A stretch of 64,000 nt of DNA from an uncultured delta proteobacterium (lineage in GTDB: Bacteria > Myxococcota_A > Polyangia > Fen-1088): contig CAWCMR010000005.1 of NCBI GenBank assembly GCA_963796685.1, positions 1 to 64,000 of the forward strand, given 5' to 3'. The translations under genes and the position numbers were made by a program. Below are positions 10,094 to 20,590 of this stretch, one piece after another. The first letter of the stretch is position 1, and every line of letters starts with the position of its first letter. A model generated the notes under the pieces. It was given only the letters and a program-made list of their open reading frames with translations, was not told the DNA's origin and did not search any database.

Positions 10094-10735
10094 TCATGGC
10101 TTGAGGTTAATTTCATCAACCAGCGAAGCATCCCCCGAAACGGTTTCTGCGGGCAACAATCGCGGCACCACATCTAGGGAGGGAGGAAGACCATCGGTCA
10201 CCCAGGAAGGAATGGCGGACGGGCGATCGCAATTGAGCAGGATAGATTCGCCCAACAACTGCACATCGTCGTTGGCGCTAACCCGAATTCCGCCTAGTTT
10301 GGCATCGATCGCCAAACTCTTCGCCTCTATTCGTGCTGCTTCCGCAGAGCGTTGCACAAAGGTCCCGCCGGACACAAGCTCTACCTTCTCTCTCGCCTCC
10401 ACGAGGAATTCGTCACAGCGAATACCCACACGACGCGCGGCCTCGACCTCGATTGATGATCCCTTCACCGACACGACTGGTCCCGTGGCATCAAGCCGTA
10501 TTTCAAAGGATAGCTCCGTGGCGCCCGTGGCGGAAGATATTGTCACAACTGCCTGTTCCGACGTCGCCTGAACCGTCAAAGTACGCCCCTGCCTCATTGC
10601 CAGAACGGCCCTTCCGGGGTCGAGGCGTTGTTCAGGGATACATTCGACTGGTGGAGATGACATCGTTGACTCTTCACGGTACAAACCCATCCTGGGCGTG
10701 TCAAGGAGGGATATAGCGCCATCATCCCTCGACAA
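10094..10735 (-). CDS. Hypothetical T6SS-associated protein with beta-strand repeats resembling a spike C-terminus
   Basis: Alternating pattern SIEVEAARRVGIRCDEFLVEA...VQLLGESILLN; adjacent to DUF2169. Confidence 0.5.
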   Translation of the reverse strand: MSRDDGAISLLDTPRMGLYREESTMSSPPVECIPEQRLDPGRAVLAMRQGRTLTVQATSEQAVVTISSATGATELSFEIRLDATGPVVSVKGSSIEVEAARRVGIRCDEFLVEAREKVELVSGGTFVQRSAEAARIEAKSLAIDAKLGGIRVSANDDVQLLGESILLNCDRPSAIPSWVTDGLPPSLDVVPRLLPAETVSGDASLVDEINLKP

Positions 10736-10849
10736 GCGCAGCGACGTCGCGGGGCGCCGAGCCGAAGGCCGCGGTGGCGACCCGCTCTACGTACTCGACA
10801 AAGTTCCGGGGGTCTGGCATGAGGAGTGCCTGAAGAACCCGACGAAAGA

Positions 10850-11251
10850 GCCGGCACGCCCGCCATCAACGGCGCCATCGCCCTTGGCGCCGCCATCGAC
10901 TACGTCGAATCGTTCGGCATGGCGGCCATCGAGCGCTACGAGGCCGAGCTTCTCGCCTACGCGGAAGCGGCCTTGAGCAAGCTCCCCGGCCTGCGCCTCA
11001 TCGGCAAACCCAAGCACCGGGCCGGCGCCATCTCCTTCATGCTGGGCGACATCCATCCCCACGACCTCGGGACCGTGCTGGATCGCTATGGCGTCGCCAT
11101 TCGCGCCGGACACCACTGCGCGCAGCCCACCATGAAACGCATGGGCGTGCCGGGAACCGCGCGCGCCTCGTTCGCCTTCTACAACAAGCCCGAAGAGGTC
11201 GACACCTTGGTCGACTGCCTCACGGAGGCCCAGAAAGTGTTCCACCCATGA
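10850..11251 (+). pseudogene. sufS: 5'-truncated sufS, copy 2 (from native position 5703)
   Basis: Homology to native sufS starts abruptly at GCCGGCAC. Confidence 0.92.
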
Positions 11252-11727
11252 ACGAGCTCGACGAGCTCTACCAGGAAGTGATCCTCGATCACCAGCGCAA
11301 CCCGCGCAACTACGCCAAGTTGCCCACGGCCAACCACCAGGCCGAGGGCGCCAATCCCCTGTGCGGCGATCACGTCACCGTGTACCTCGACGTCAAGGAC
11401 GGGGTCATCCGCGACATCAGCTTCCAAGGCGAGGGCTGCGCCATCGCCAAGGCCTCGGCGTCCATGATGACCTCGGTGGTGAAGGGAAAGTCCCTGGCCG
11501 ACGCCTCCGAGACCTTCAAGCGCTTTCACCAAATGATCACCGGCGGCCAGGATCCCTGCTTCGATCTCGAAGACCTGGGCAAGCTCGCCGCCTTCTCCGG
11601 CGTGAGCGCGTTCCCCGTGCGGGTCAAGTGCGCGAGCCTCGCCTGGCACACCTTGAACGCCGCCATGCACGAGACCACGACCGCGCCCACCAGCGGCGGC
11701 GAGCCCAACAAGGAGCCCCAGAAGTGA
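11248..11727 (+). CDS. sufU: SufU copy 2
   Basis: Intact 159-aa ORF nearly identical to copy 1. Confidence 0.9.
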   Translation: MNELDELYQEVILDHQRNPRNYAKLPTANHQAEGANPLCGDHVTVYLDVKDGVIRDISFQGEGCAIAKASASMMTSVVKGKSLADASETFKRFHQMITGGQDPCFDLEDLGKLAAFSGVSAFPVRVKCASLAWHTLNAAMHETTTAPTSGGEPNKEPQK

Positions 11728-12131
11728 CGGCGACGCCCGATTCCCAGCGCGCACCCGACCCATCATCCGACCCGTCACCCGACCCACCCTCGGGCTCCAC
11801 CGCCAACGATGCGGCCACCGCCCAGTTGGAGCGCCTGGTGTGGCAGGAGCTGCGCGAGTGCTACGACCCGGAGATCCCCGTCAACATCGTGGAGCTGGGG
11901 CTCGTGTACGCCATGCGCTCCGAGCCCCTGCCCGAGGGCGGCCACCGGGTCGAGGTCCTCATGACCGTGACCTCACCCGCCTGTGGCATGTCCGAGATCC
12001 TGCGCTCGGAGGCCGACGCGCGCATCCGCAAGCTGCCCGGCGTCGCCCAGGTCGAGGTGGCCATCACCTTCGACCCGCCCTGGACCCCCGAGCTCATGAG
12101 CGACGACGCGCGGATGATGCTGAATTTGTGA
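11724..12131 (+). CDS. sufT: SufT copy 2
   Basis: Intact ORF with GTG start. Confidence 0.85.
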   Translation: MTATPDSQRAPDPSSDPSPDPPSGSTANDAATAQLERLVWQELRECYDPEIPVNIVELGLVYAMRSEPLPEGGHRVEVLMTVTSPACGMSEILRSEADARIRKLPGVAQVEVAITFDPPWTPELMSDDARMMLNL

Positions 12132-12995
12132 CCAGCCCCTCGGCCTGGAACGCGCGCACGCGCTCTTCGCGCTCGACCTCCGGTATGGAGCCGTTGAGAG
12201 TCAGGGTGCGCAGGCCCGCCCAGGCAAGCAGGGGGCGGCAATCGCGCAACTTTCATGACTCGCTGACCGACATCCCTCCTTTGTGGAGGCAGCGGCATGC
12301 GCACAGCCCGCGTCTGCGGGACCGGTCTATTCACGCCGGCAGCCGGAGAAGACTGCCTTGTACAGGGTCATGCAGGAACATCTGCTGACCTTCGAGCAGC
12401 AGTGGACCGACGAGGCCAATGGCCGGACACTGCCCGGCTTCGTGACCGACGAGCTGCACGGATTCATGTCGTGCGGAATCTTGGGGCGAGGCTTCGCACA
12501 CCTTTTCTGTAAGACCTGCCACGAACAGCGAGGTGGTTCCCTCACCCGTCGAGCCGGCGTCCCCCGCGCAGGACAAGCCCAAGAACACTTCGAGGTATAT
12601 TTCTTGGTCCGAACTTTTGCGCCGCACCTTCGGGTTCGAAATCGCCTGCCAGAAATGTAAGGCCCCGCTCCGCCTGATCGCACTCATCAAGAGCGAGGAC
12701 ATCGCCAAGAAGATCCTGACCGCGATGCACCTGCCAACGGAGATCCCGGAGCTACGCCCAGCGCGCCCGCCGCCCCTGAAGGCGGGTGGCAGCGCTGACT
12801 GGCTGAACTGAACACGACCTCTCCGGGGCTGTGATGGGGTGGACTACGCCTTGTGATTGAGACAGCCCGTTCGGCACCCGAATCGCGCCATCAAACCCGC
12901 TCCGTAGGGCACTCCAGGCGCACGCGAGGGTGCGGTGGCACAGGGCGGCACGGGTTTTCGGACCGGAAATCCCCCCCTTCGATTCGCTTATGCAC
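12132..12995 (+). mobile_element. Non-autonomous ISCR derivative lacking native 7379-8352 (974 bp)
   Basis: Junction CCACGAAC|AGCGAGG at about 12526; both flanks retained. Confidence 0.88.
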
Positions 12996-13003
12996 TTATG
13001 CAC

Positions 13004-13695
13004 CCACAGATCGAGAGCGAGAAGCATCGCCGGCAGCACGACCGCCGTCTCCTTGGAAGAGAGCGCCAGGGGTGGCTGGTGTACAGGCCCGCGACGAGCC
13101 ACACCCTGGACATGCCGGTGGGCGAGGGAGCGTTGTCGCCTATTCCTCGCAAGCGTTCCAGGCACCAAACCGCAAGCAGCGAGAAGAAACCGGCGAGCAG
13201 CGTCGCCCGCTTCCAAACCAGCAAGACCACCATGGAGTGAATCGGGTGAACGGCGAGAAACGCCGAACCAAGAAAAGCTGCCCAGCCGGCCTCGCGTTCG
13301 TCCAGCACGCGACCATTCCTGCCGATGGGGAAGGCCGTCAGGACCCGGCGAAGCACCAGCGCCGCCAGCAAGCAGTTCGCGACGTGAAGGACGAGGTTGG
13401 TGAACCGATAGGCCCACGGTGCGATGCCGCTCCAGTGGTAGTTGAGGGCGAGCGAAAACATGGGCAAGGGCCTGAACTGGCCGTACGCGAACCCTTCGCT
13501 GGTCGGCGCGCCCGCCACGAATACCCACGCGACCTGGAGCTTGCGAATGAGGAGGTTGCCCGAAATCGCCGAAAGGTCGTCATAAACGAACGGGTCGTCG
13601 AGGGCGCCCCAGTACGCAGCCGTCGCCAGCACAACCAGCAAGAAACCAAGCGCGACTTTTCGGCCCATCAGGTTCGAGGGTACCTTACCCCGCAT
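13004..13695 (-). pseudogene. Truncated multi-pass membrane protein (TMTC/GT-C-like)
   Basis: PFVYDD, FRPL, NLVLH, HPIH motifs; broken at the ISCR end. Confidence 0.65.
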
Positions 13696-13824
13696 CCCGG
13701 CTCATGTCATCGTCACCGCTCTGACCTGCCAAGCGGGAACGCGAAACGATCTCCCTGGCAAGTTGGTCAAGGCTTGGTGCCGAGATATCGGAGGCAGCCG
13801 GAATCGAAGATAGGTTCGTCGCCA

Positions 13825-14352
13825 CTACCATTGGACGAGCTCGCAACGATTCGGCGCAAAGAGAATGCCTGTGTTTAGGCCAGCAGCTCGACCAGCTTCG
13901 ACATCGGTGTACGTATCGCCAACCATCCAGGATCGCGTTCTATCCAGATTCAGGTCGCCCACGAGCGTGTCGATGAGCCCCGGCTTGGGCTTGCGGCAGT
14001 CGCACTTGCACACGAGCGACACATCTCCACCGGGGCCACCTTCCGGATGGTGCATGCAGCATTTCACGGCCGCGATGGCGATGCCATGTTCGCGCAGATT
14101 CGATACGAGCGCCGCATTCGTGCGCTCGACAGCGGCGGCGGAGAAATGCCCCTTCGCAGGGCCTGGCTGGTTGGTTGCTATGGCGAGCACGAAGCCCGCC
14201 CGCTCGAGCAGCGCTAGCCCTTCGATCACGCCGGGCAGAATTCGGATCTGGGAGGGATGGAAGGCTGACGTGATGAAGCCCGTTTCCTCGTCCCGCACGA
14301 AATCGACGAGCGTGCCGTCTCGATCAAGGATAATCGCCGGTCGCTCGCTCAC
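13825..14352 (-). CDS. gmhB: D,D-heptose bisphosphate phosphatase (HAD IIIA)
   Basis: LDRDGTL, ATNQPG, CMHHP...CDCRKPKPG, MVGD. Confidence 0.88.
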   Translation of the reverse strand: MSERPAIILDRDGTLVDFVRDEETGFITSAFHPSQIRILPGVIEGLALLERAGFVLAIATNQPGPAKGHFSAAAVERTNAALVSNLREHGIAIAAVKCCMHHPEGGPGGDVSLVCKCDCRKPKPGLIDTLVGDLNLDRTRSWMVGDTYTDVEAGRAAGLNTGILFAPNRCELVQW

Positions 14353-14948
14353 TTCACCGATTCCCACTTCGCCGAGCTCCTCTGCAGTTTCGGATGGCTG
14401 ACCAGCAGGTGCCAGACCACGGCACAGATCCCCTCGGTGTGGGGGGTGACCCGATCGGGCGCCAGAGGTGGAATGACCACACACGCGTCGGCCGATAACT
14501 TGGTGAAGCCGCCCTCCCGTCCCACGATGCCGAAGATCCGCGCTCCCACGGTTTGCGCGAGCTCCAGCGCCATCACGAGGTTCACCGACAAGTTCTGCCC
14601 GCGGTTACCTCCACCCACCGAGAAGACGAGCAACCCATCACTCGCCTTGAGGTGCGAAACCTTCAGCCACTCGGAGAAGCAGGTATCCCAGCCTTCGTCA
14701 TTCACGCGCGCCGTGAGCTCCGACACGTTGTCGGTGGGCGTATAGGCCTCGATCCCGCACAGCTTGCGGAAGTCGTTCACGGCGTGGCTGGCATGTCCGG
14801 CCGATCCCCCGACGCCTAGGAGGAAAAGTCGCCCACCTTCCTCGCGCACCCTGGCGATGCCATCGGCGACAGCCTCGATGGCGTCCAGGTCGAGACGCCG
14901 AATAATCTCCACACTCTCGGATAGAAAGGTTTGGCTGAAGCGATTCAC
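14349..14948 (-). CDS. gmhA: Phosphoheptose isomerase (SIS domain)
   Basis: GVGGSAGHASHAVNDF, TARVNDEGW; heptose cluster context. Confidence 0.85.
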   Translation of the reverse strand: MNRFSQTFLSESVEIIRRLDLDAIEAVADGIARVREEGGRLFLLGVGGSAGHASHAVNDFRKLCGIEAYTPTDNVSELTARVNDEGWDTCFSEWLKVSHLKASDGLLVFSVGGGNRGQNLSVNLVMALELAQTVGARIFGIVGREGGFTKLSADACVVIPPLAPDRVTPHTEGICAVVWHLLVSHPKLQRSSAKWESVK

Positions 14949-15667
14949 GATGGTCCTTGCGAGCGATGGACGTTGGAGCGCGACAAATACCGATCGAGCG
15001 CGACCAAGCCCTTGCTCGATCCAATTTCGTAAAATCTCTCGTGCGCGAGAATGGCGCGCAACCGTCCTTGCCCTGCTAGCGTGTGCTGAATCGTCGCAAG
15101 GTCACCCTGTGCGCCCTCCCGCAAAGACGCGACGACCGACCGCCTCAAGGCGATGGCGCCGTAGTCGATGTGGTCGAAATGTGGATCGTCCGTGCCCTTC
15201 TCGTAGGCGATGATCCAGGTACCGTCGGTGCGAACGTTCGAGGCATCCCAGCGGCCGACGTTCTTGAACACGCTCATGACACCGTCGCAGTCATGGTTCT
15301 CCACGAGCATCTTCAGGGGCGAGGCGTAGTCGAAAGGAAGATAGCTGTCCCCGTACGTGACCAAGAACTCGTCGGCGAGCAGGGGAAGTGCCCTTCGGAG
15401 AGCGCCGCACGTCCCCAGCAATGTGGCCCCTTCGTCGGAGTACAAAACGCGCAATCCGAATCGCTCGCCTGCGCCGACGTGTTTCTTGATCAACTCACCC
15501 AGGTACGCGACGCACAGGACGACCTCGTCGTACCCGGCCTCTTGCACCCGCGCCAGTTGCCAATCAATGAATGGACGGCCCGCGATCGCAAGCAGGCTCT
15601 TGGGCGCCGTCAAGGTGCGTGGTCGCATGCGCGTCGCAAGCCCGCCCGCAAGAATCACACACTGCAT
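14945..15667 (-). CDS. Sugar-1-phosphate nucleotidyltransferase (HddC-like)
   Basis: MQCVILAGGLATRMRP, PKSL, YGDSYL, FYEIGS. Confidence 0.85.
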   Translation of the reverse strand: MQCVILAGGLATRMRPRTLTAPKSLLAIAGRPFIDWQLARVQEAGYDEVVLCVAYLGELIKKHVGAGERFGLRVLYSDEGATLLGTCGALRRALPLLADEFLVTYGDSYLPFDYASPLKMLVENHDCDGVMSVFKNVGRWDASNVRTDGTWIIAYEKGTDDPHFDHIDYGAIALRRSVVASLREGAQGDLATIQHTLAGQGRLRAILAHERFYEIGSSKGLVALDRYLSRSNVHRSQGPS

Positions 15668-16629
15668 GATGTGTCTTCCACCTTCGCGGTACCCCAAACC
15701 TCGTAGGCCACCTCGCCCACGGCGCGCGCAACCGCTTCGTCCGACGTATAGCGCACGCGGAAGCCAAGCCCTGCAAGCTTGCGGGGAACCAGTCGTGATT
15801 TGGGTACGTCGCCGGGCCAGCCCTGAGACCCTCCCGAGTATTCGATACGCGCGGATGGGTTGGGCGAAGCTGCGACACACATCTCGGCTATCCGGCGAAC
15901 CGTCGTCCAGCCCTCCGGCGCAAGGTTGTACACGTTCAGAGGGTCCGGACTGTGGTCTACAACGTAGAGAATCCCAGCGAGGCAATCGGTCACGTGAAGG
16001 TAGGGCTTGGCCTGGGTTCCGTCCCCGAGGACATCGAGGTAGTCCGGGTGAGCTTTCAGCTTTTTGCAGAAATCAAGAATCGCACCGTGGGTGGCACGCG
16101 GGCCGACGACGTTGCCGAACCTGCAGATGTTTCCCTGCAACTTGAAACACTCGACATAGGACGCGACGAGCGCCTCGCCGGCGATCTTGCTTGCTCCGTA
16201 CAGGGAAAACGGCAGGTGTCCAAGATCCATCTCCCCGCAAGGTTCATCGGTGTTACCGTACACCGTACCGCTCGAAGAAAAGAAGAAGCGCGGAACCTTG
16301 CTCAGCCGGCACGCCTCCAGCGCGTTGAAGGTGGCAATCGTCCCCTGCTCGAGATCGAGACGTGGGCGTTCGAGGCCCCAACGCGCTTCGGGGTTGGCAG
16401 CGAGGTGAAAAACCAGGTCGTGTCCGCGAGCCGCGGCGGTCATGGCGTCCAGGTCGAGCGTGTTGCCTTCGACCACGCGCACGGCGCCGGAGGCGATATG
16501 CCCGGCGATGAGCTCCCGCTTGCCGACGGAGAAGTTCTCAAAGACCGTAACGGGGCCGCGCTTGACGAGCACGTCGACAAGCTGGCTACCGATGAACCCC
16601 GCCCCGCCAATGACGAGCGTTCGTTGCAT
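15655..16629 (-). CDS. NAD-dependent epimerase/dehydratase
   Basis: GGAGFIGS, YGASK, RFGNVVG, WPGDV. Confidence 0.9.
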   Translation of the reverse strand: MQRTLVIGGAGFIGSQLVDVLVKRGPVTVFENFSVGKRELIAGHIASGAVRVVEGNTLDLDAMTAAARGHDLVFHLAANPEARWGLERPRLDLEQGTIATFNALEACRLSKVPRFFFSSSGTVYGNTDEPCGEMDLGHLPFSLYGASKIAGEALVASYVECFKLQGNICRFGNVVGPRATHGAILDFCKKLKAHPDYLDVLGDGTQAKPYLHVTDCLAGILYVVDHSPDPLNVYNLAPEGWTTVRRIAEMCVAASPNPSARIEYSGGSQGWPGDVPKSRLVPRKLAGLGFRVRYTSDEAVARAVGEVAYEVWGTAKVEDTSCSV

Positions 16630-16631
16630 TG

Positions 16632-17291
16632 CTAGCCCTTCTTGCCGCGGTTTCGCCAAGCCGCGTTGAACTCTTGAATCGTCGCTTCCGTCCGCGGGTT
16701 CCAAACCATCTTGCGTAGGATGGGGGGCGGAACGGTGACAACGTGGGCACCAGCCTCCAGGGCCTCGTTGACGTCCATCATGTGGCGGACTGAACCGATC
16801 AGGATCTTGGCCGGCAAGCCCTCCCGGTCCAGGACTGCACGGGTCGATGCGATGACCTGGCGAACGTCGTAGCCCATGTCGCGGACACGGCCTGCGAAGA
16901 TGCTCACATACGTGGCGCCGGCCAGCGCGGCCAAGTAGGCCTGGTTCATGGCCATGAGGCAGGTTGCGTTGGTCTTCACGTCCTTCTTCGCCAGGTTATG
17001 AACGACGCGGATCCCCGCCTCGCTCATGGGCACCTTGATGCAAATGCGTGCCGGATCCCACGCGGCGTAGACTGCCGCCTCGCTCATCATCTCGGCCTCT
17101 GTCTCTGTCGTCAGCTCGACGCAGACATCACCGTGGCAACCCCGCAGAACGCCACGGATGCGCTCACCGAGGTCGGCGTGAGGGGCCTCCCTGGCGATGA
17201 TGAGAGGGTTCGTCGTCACACCAGAAAGAACCCCCCAGCCAAAGAGCTCTTCGACCTCCTTGGGGTCCGAGCTATCCAAAAACAGACTCAT
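16632..17291 (-). CDS. Transaldolase (short TalC/FSA type)
   Basis: LFLDSSD, GVTTNP, IKVP, FAGR. Confidence 0.9.
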   Translation of the reverse strand: MSLFLDSSDPKEVEELFGWGVLSGVTTNPLIIAREAPHADLGERIRGVLRGCHGDVCVELTTETEAEMMSEAAVYAAWDPARICIKVPMSEAGIRVVHNLAKKDVKTNATCLMAMNQAYLAALAGATYVSIFAGRVRDMGYDVRQVIASTRAVLDREGLPAKILIGSVRHMMDVNEALEAGAHVVTVPPPILRKMVWNPRTEATIQEFNAAWRNRGKKG

Positions 17292-17461
17292 GGTAGTTAA
17301 GATATCATCTTCCGGTCTCTTCCGATGCTCCTTCGAAGCGACTTGCCGCCTGATCTCTTGCTAACGACGTTCATCAGGCGGTTGCGGACTGTCCTCGCCC
17401 ATGCGACATTCATCTTGTCCCCATCGAGCGGTAGGTACCCCCGAACAACGTTTAACTGGCC

Positions 17462-18457
17462 ATGATTGTATCCCGCGCGCCCGTACGCTTCTCGCTCGGC
17501 GGAGGAGGGACAGATCTCCCAGGCTACTCGGCAGCCCATGGAGGTTTTCTCGTCGCAGCCGCGGTCGATAAGTACGTCTACGTCAACGCGAACCGGCGGT
17601 TCTACGATTCCATTCGTCTCGCGTACTCGAAAACCGAGATCGTCCAAACTGTGGCCGAAATCGAACATCGCATCTTCCGGGAGGCGCTTCAACTCATAGG
17701 CGTTATCGGTGGAATCGAGCTGGTGAGTGTGGCTGACGTTCCCGCAAACTCTGGGCTCGGCTCCTCCAGCACGTTCACCGTCGCCTTGCTCAACGCGCTT
17801 CATGCGTTCAGACAGGAGTTCGTATCGAGCGAACAGCTCGCGCGCGAAGCGTGTCGTATTGAGACCGATCTCCTGAAAGAGCCAGTCGGAAAGCAAGATC
17901 AGTACATTGCTGCGTACGGTGGTATTACGGCATTCACGTTCAATCGGGATGGTACCGTCGAAGTCGAGCGCCTTCGCATTCATCCCGAGGTCCTCGACGA
18001 GCTCGAGACCAACATCTTGGTCTTCTACTCGGGGGTGGAACGGGCCGCCTCGTCCGTTCTGTCGGAGCAGAACAAGGCGATCAAGGAGAATCGAGACAAT
18101 GAGGTCGAGCGCATGCACCGTATCAAGGCACTCGGCTACGAGACCCGACGCATCCTCCTGTCGGGACAGATCGACGAGTATGGAGATCTGCTACACGAGC
18201 ACTGGACCAACAAGCGTCGTCTGGCCCCGAACATGACCGATCCAGGGCTGGACGAGCACTACGAAGCCGCACGAACGGCCGGCGCGCTAGGTGGCAAGCT
18301 CATGGGCGCAGGAGGAGGAGGGTTCTTCATGTTCTATGTTCGCCCGTCGGAGCGTCGGAGAGTGTACGAGGTGATGACCGGAAGGGGACTTCGCCCGCTG
18401 CGTTTTCGCTATGACACCGATGGGGCGCGCATCGTCGCAAATTTCCACCGCTCGTGA
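17462..18457 (+). CDS. GHMP sugar kinase (HddA-like heptose-7-phosphate kinase)
   Basis: RAPVRFSLGGGGTD, SGLGSSS, GKQDQY, GGKLMGAGGGGF. Confidence 0.88.
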   Translation: MIVSRAPVRFSLGGGGTDLPGYSAAHGGFLVAAAVDKYVYVNANRRFYDSIRLAYSKTEIVQTVAEIEHRIFREALQLIGVIGGIELVSVADVPANSGLGSSSTFTVALLNALHAFRQEFVSSEQLAREACRIETDLLKEPVGKQDQYIAAYGGITAFTFNRDGTVEVERLRIHPEVLDELETNILVFYSGVERAASSVLSEQNKAIKENRDNEVERMHRIKALGYETRRILLSGQIDEYGDLLHEHWTNKRRLAPNMTDPGLDEHYEAARTAGALGGKLMGAGGGGFFMFYVRPSERRRVYEVMTGRGLRPLRFRYDTDGARIVANFHRS

Positions 18458-18479
18458 TGACTCGATCAGGTATCGATAG

Positions 18480-19793
18480 ATGACACAACCCATTGGGATC
18501 CTGGGAGCGGGAGTGACCGGCCTTGCCACAGCCTCACTTCTTGCGCGTCCTGCGGTCGTGCTCGAGGCTCGACCGCGGGTGGGTGGCCTCTTGCGGACGT
18601 TCGGGCGCAACGGCTTCTCCTCGGACGTAGGCGGACACATCATTTTTTCAAAAGATCAGGCGGTGCTTGACCAGATGCTGGGATGGCTCGATGGCCAGAC
18701 CGAGCAGCGTCGCCGTTCGAACGTGATTCTGTATGACGAGGCGCTGGTGAAGTACCCGTTCGAGAATGGGCTCGCCGATTTGCCCAACCAGCAGGACACC
18801 CTAGAGTGCGTCGAGGGGTTCGTGCGCGCCTGGGCGGAGGCCGATAGGGCCCCCGCGGCCAACAACCTCAAGGAGTGGTGCTATCGGCGTTTTGGGCCCG
18901 GCATCAGCGACAAGTATCTCATCCCCTACAACAGCAAAATCTGGAAGCTGCCCTTGGAGGAAATCAGCACGGAATGGGTTGATCGGGTTCCCAGTCCCAG
19001 TCTCACCGAAGTCCTCAAGAGCGCGATTGGAATTCCAAACGAAGGCTACACCCACCAGCTCTACTTCCACTATCCTCGCACCGGAGGCATCGAGCGCGTG
19101 GCGGAAGTCCTGCGTGATCGAGTGCTGTCGGCGGGACACCAGATTCGCACCGGCTTCGAGGTGCGCCAAGTTCGTCGAAGCCCTGACGGCTGGATGGTGT
19201 CCGATGGCTCAGAAACCGTCGCGTGCGAGAAACTGGTCTCGACCATCCCCGTGTTGCCGTTGTTGCGGGCACTCGAGGGCGTGCCGGCCGAGGTTATCGC
19301 CGCGGCCGAGCAACTTCGTTACAACTCCCTTCGCGTCGTGCTTCTGGGTATCAACCGACCGGACTTGAACAAGCACACCGCCGTGTATGTGCCCGACCCG
19401 CGATCCGTCTATCATCGAGTTTGTTGCAACAATTGCTTCTCGCCGTGGATGTCACCTGACGGCTGCTCATCGGCAAGCGTCGAGATTACGTGCAGCGAGG
19501 ACGACGACGTGGGGCGCCTGGATGACGCCGCTCTTGTCGAGCGCGTGGTTTGCGATCTCGAACGCGACGGGCTCCTGAAGCGATCCGATATCGTCGAGAG
19601 CGTCGTGCACCGCGAACGATATGCCTATGTGGTCTACGATCACGGCCATGCGCAACGGATGAAGCTGGTGGCAGACTACGCGCGCGCGATCGGCATCCAC
19701 CTCGCCGGCCGCTTTGCCGAGTACAGGTACATCAACATGGACGCCTGTGTCCGCAGGGCGATGGACGTGAAGGAAGAACTGGAGGGTCGATGA
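18480..19793 (+). CDS. FAD-dependent oxidoreductase (NDP-pyranose mutase-like)
   Basis: ILGAGVTGL, GGHIIFS, PYNSKIW, GRFAEYRYINMD. Confidence 0.8.
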   Translation: MTQPIGILGAGVTGLATASLLARPAVVLEARPRVGGLLRTFGRNGFSSDVGGHIIFSKDQAVLDQMLGWLDGQTEQRRRSNVILYDEALVKYPFENGLADLPNQQDTLECVEGFVRAWAEADRAPAANNLKEWCYRRFGPGISDKYLIPYNSKIWKLPLEEISTEWVDRVPSPSLTEVLKSAIGIPNEGYTHQLYFHYPRTGGIERVAEVLRDRVLSAGHQIRTGFEVRQVRRSPDGWMVSDGSETVACEKLVSTIPVLPLLRALEGVPAEVIAAAEQLRYNSLRVVLLGINRPDLNKHTAVYVPDPRSVYHRVCCNNCFSPWMSPDGCSSASVEITCSEDDDVGRLDDAALVERVVCDLERDGLLKRSDIVESVVHRERYAYVVYDHGHAQRMKLVADYARAIGIHLAGRFAEYRYINMDACVRRAMDVKEELEGR

Positions 19794-20509
19794 GCACGTC
19801 GGAGAACGATCGTACGGGCAAGCTGGTGGTTGCCATGATCTCCCGCAACGAGGAAAAGGCCATCGATGGCGTCGTCGACTCCATCCGGGCGGCGGCTCCC
19901 CGCGCCGAGATACTCATCGTCGATTCTTCGACCGACACCACAGCCGAGCGGGCTCGGGCCAGGGGAGTGACGGTCGTCAGTCAGCTTCCCCCGCGTGGTT
20001 ATGGGCCCGCGATGATGCGCGCGCTGCGGGAAGCCGCCCAGCGGGGCGAAGTCGTGGTGACACTGGATTGCGACGGGACCTACCCAGCCGCGGAGATCCC
20101 ACGCCTGGCCAAGATGGTCATCGAGGAAGGCTGGGACTTGGTGAATGCGACTCGTTTGGCACGTCGGCCGACGGCGATGCCTGTTGCCAATTGGGTGGCC
20201 AATGCGCTCTTCGCCGTAGTCACACGCGTGGCACATGGCCTGAAGGTTTCGGACGTACATTCGGGCATGCGAGCGTACCGGTCCGCCATGCTCGACAAGA
20301 TGGAATTTGTGGAAGACGCCCCAGCGCTCCCGGTGGAGCTTCTCATCAAGCCGGCTCGGCTAGGCTACAAGGTCACCGAGATCCCCATCGAGTACCGCGA
20401 GCGCGTCGGTGCCACCACCCTGAACCGATTCGCATCGACCTACTGGACATTTCGACGAATCTTGGTCCTGGTCGCGACGAAGCGCCAACCGCGTCAGACT
20501 TCGTGGTAG
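19790..20509 (+). CDS. GT2 glycosyltransferase (polyprenol-phosphate type)
   Basis: RNEE, VDSSTD, LDCDGTYP, DVHSGMRAY, IEYRERVG. Confidence 0.88.
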   Translation: MSTSENDRTGKLVVAMISRNEEKAIDGVVDSIRAAAPRAEILIVDSSTDTTAERARARGVTVVSQLPPRGYGPAMMRALREAAQRGEVVVTLDCDGTYPAAEIPRLAKMVIEEGWDLVNATRLARRPTAMPVANWVANALFAVVTRVAHGLKVSDVHSGMRAYRSAMLDKMEFVEDAPALPVELLIKPARLGYKVTEIPIEYRERVGATTLNRFASTYWTFRRILVLVATKRQPRQTSW

Positions 20510-20590
20510 CCGGAACGACGCCCAGTGTCGGTTTTGGCGAGCGTCGGAGCCCCGATGTCCTTGCGCACGACTGTGGTAGTCTAGCGGGAA

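Noticed and set aside
12853-13878. 341-aa plus-strand ORF starting in the ISCR end
   Set aside because: Chimeric read-through across the junction, antisense to the membrane protein fragment
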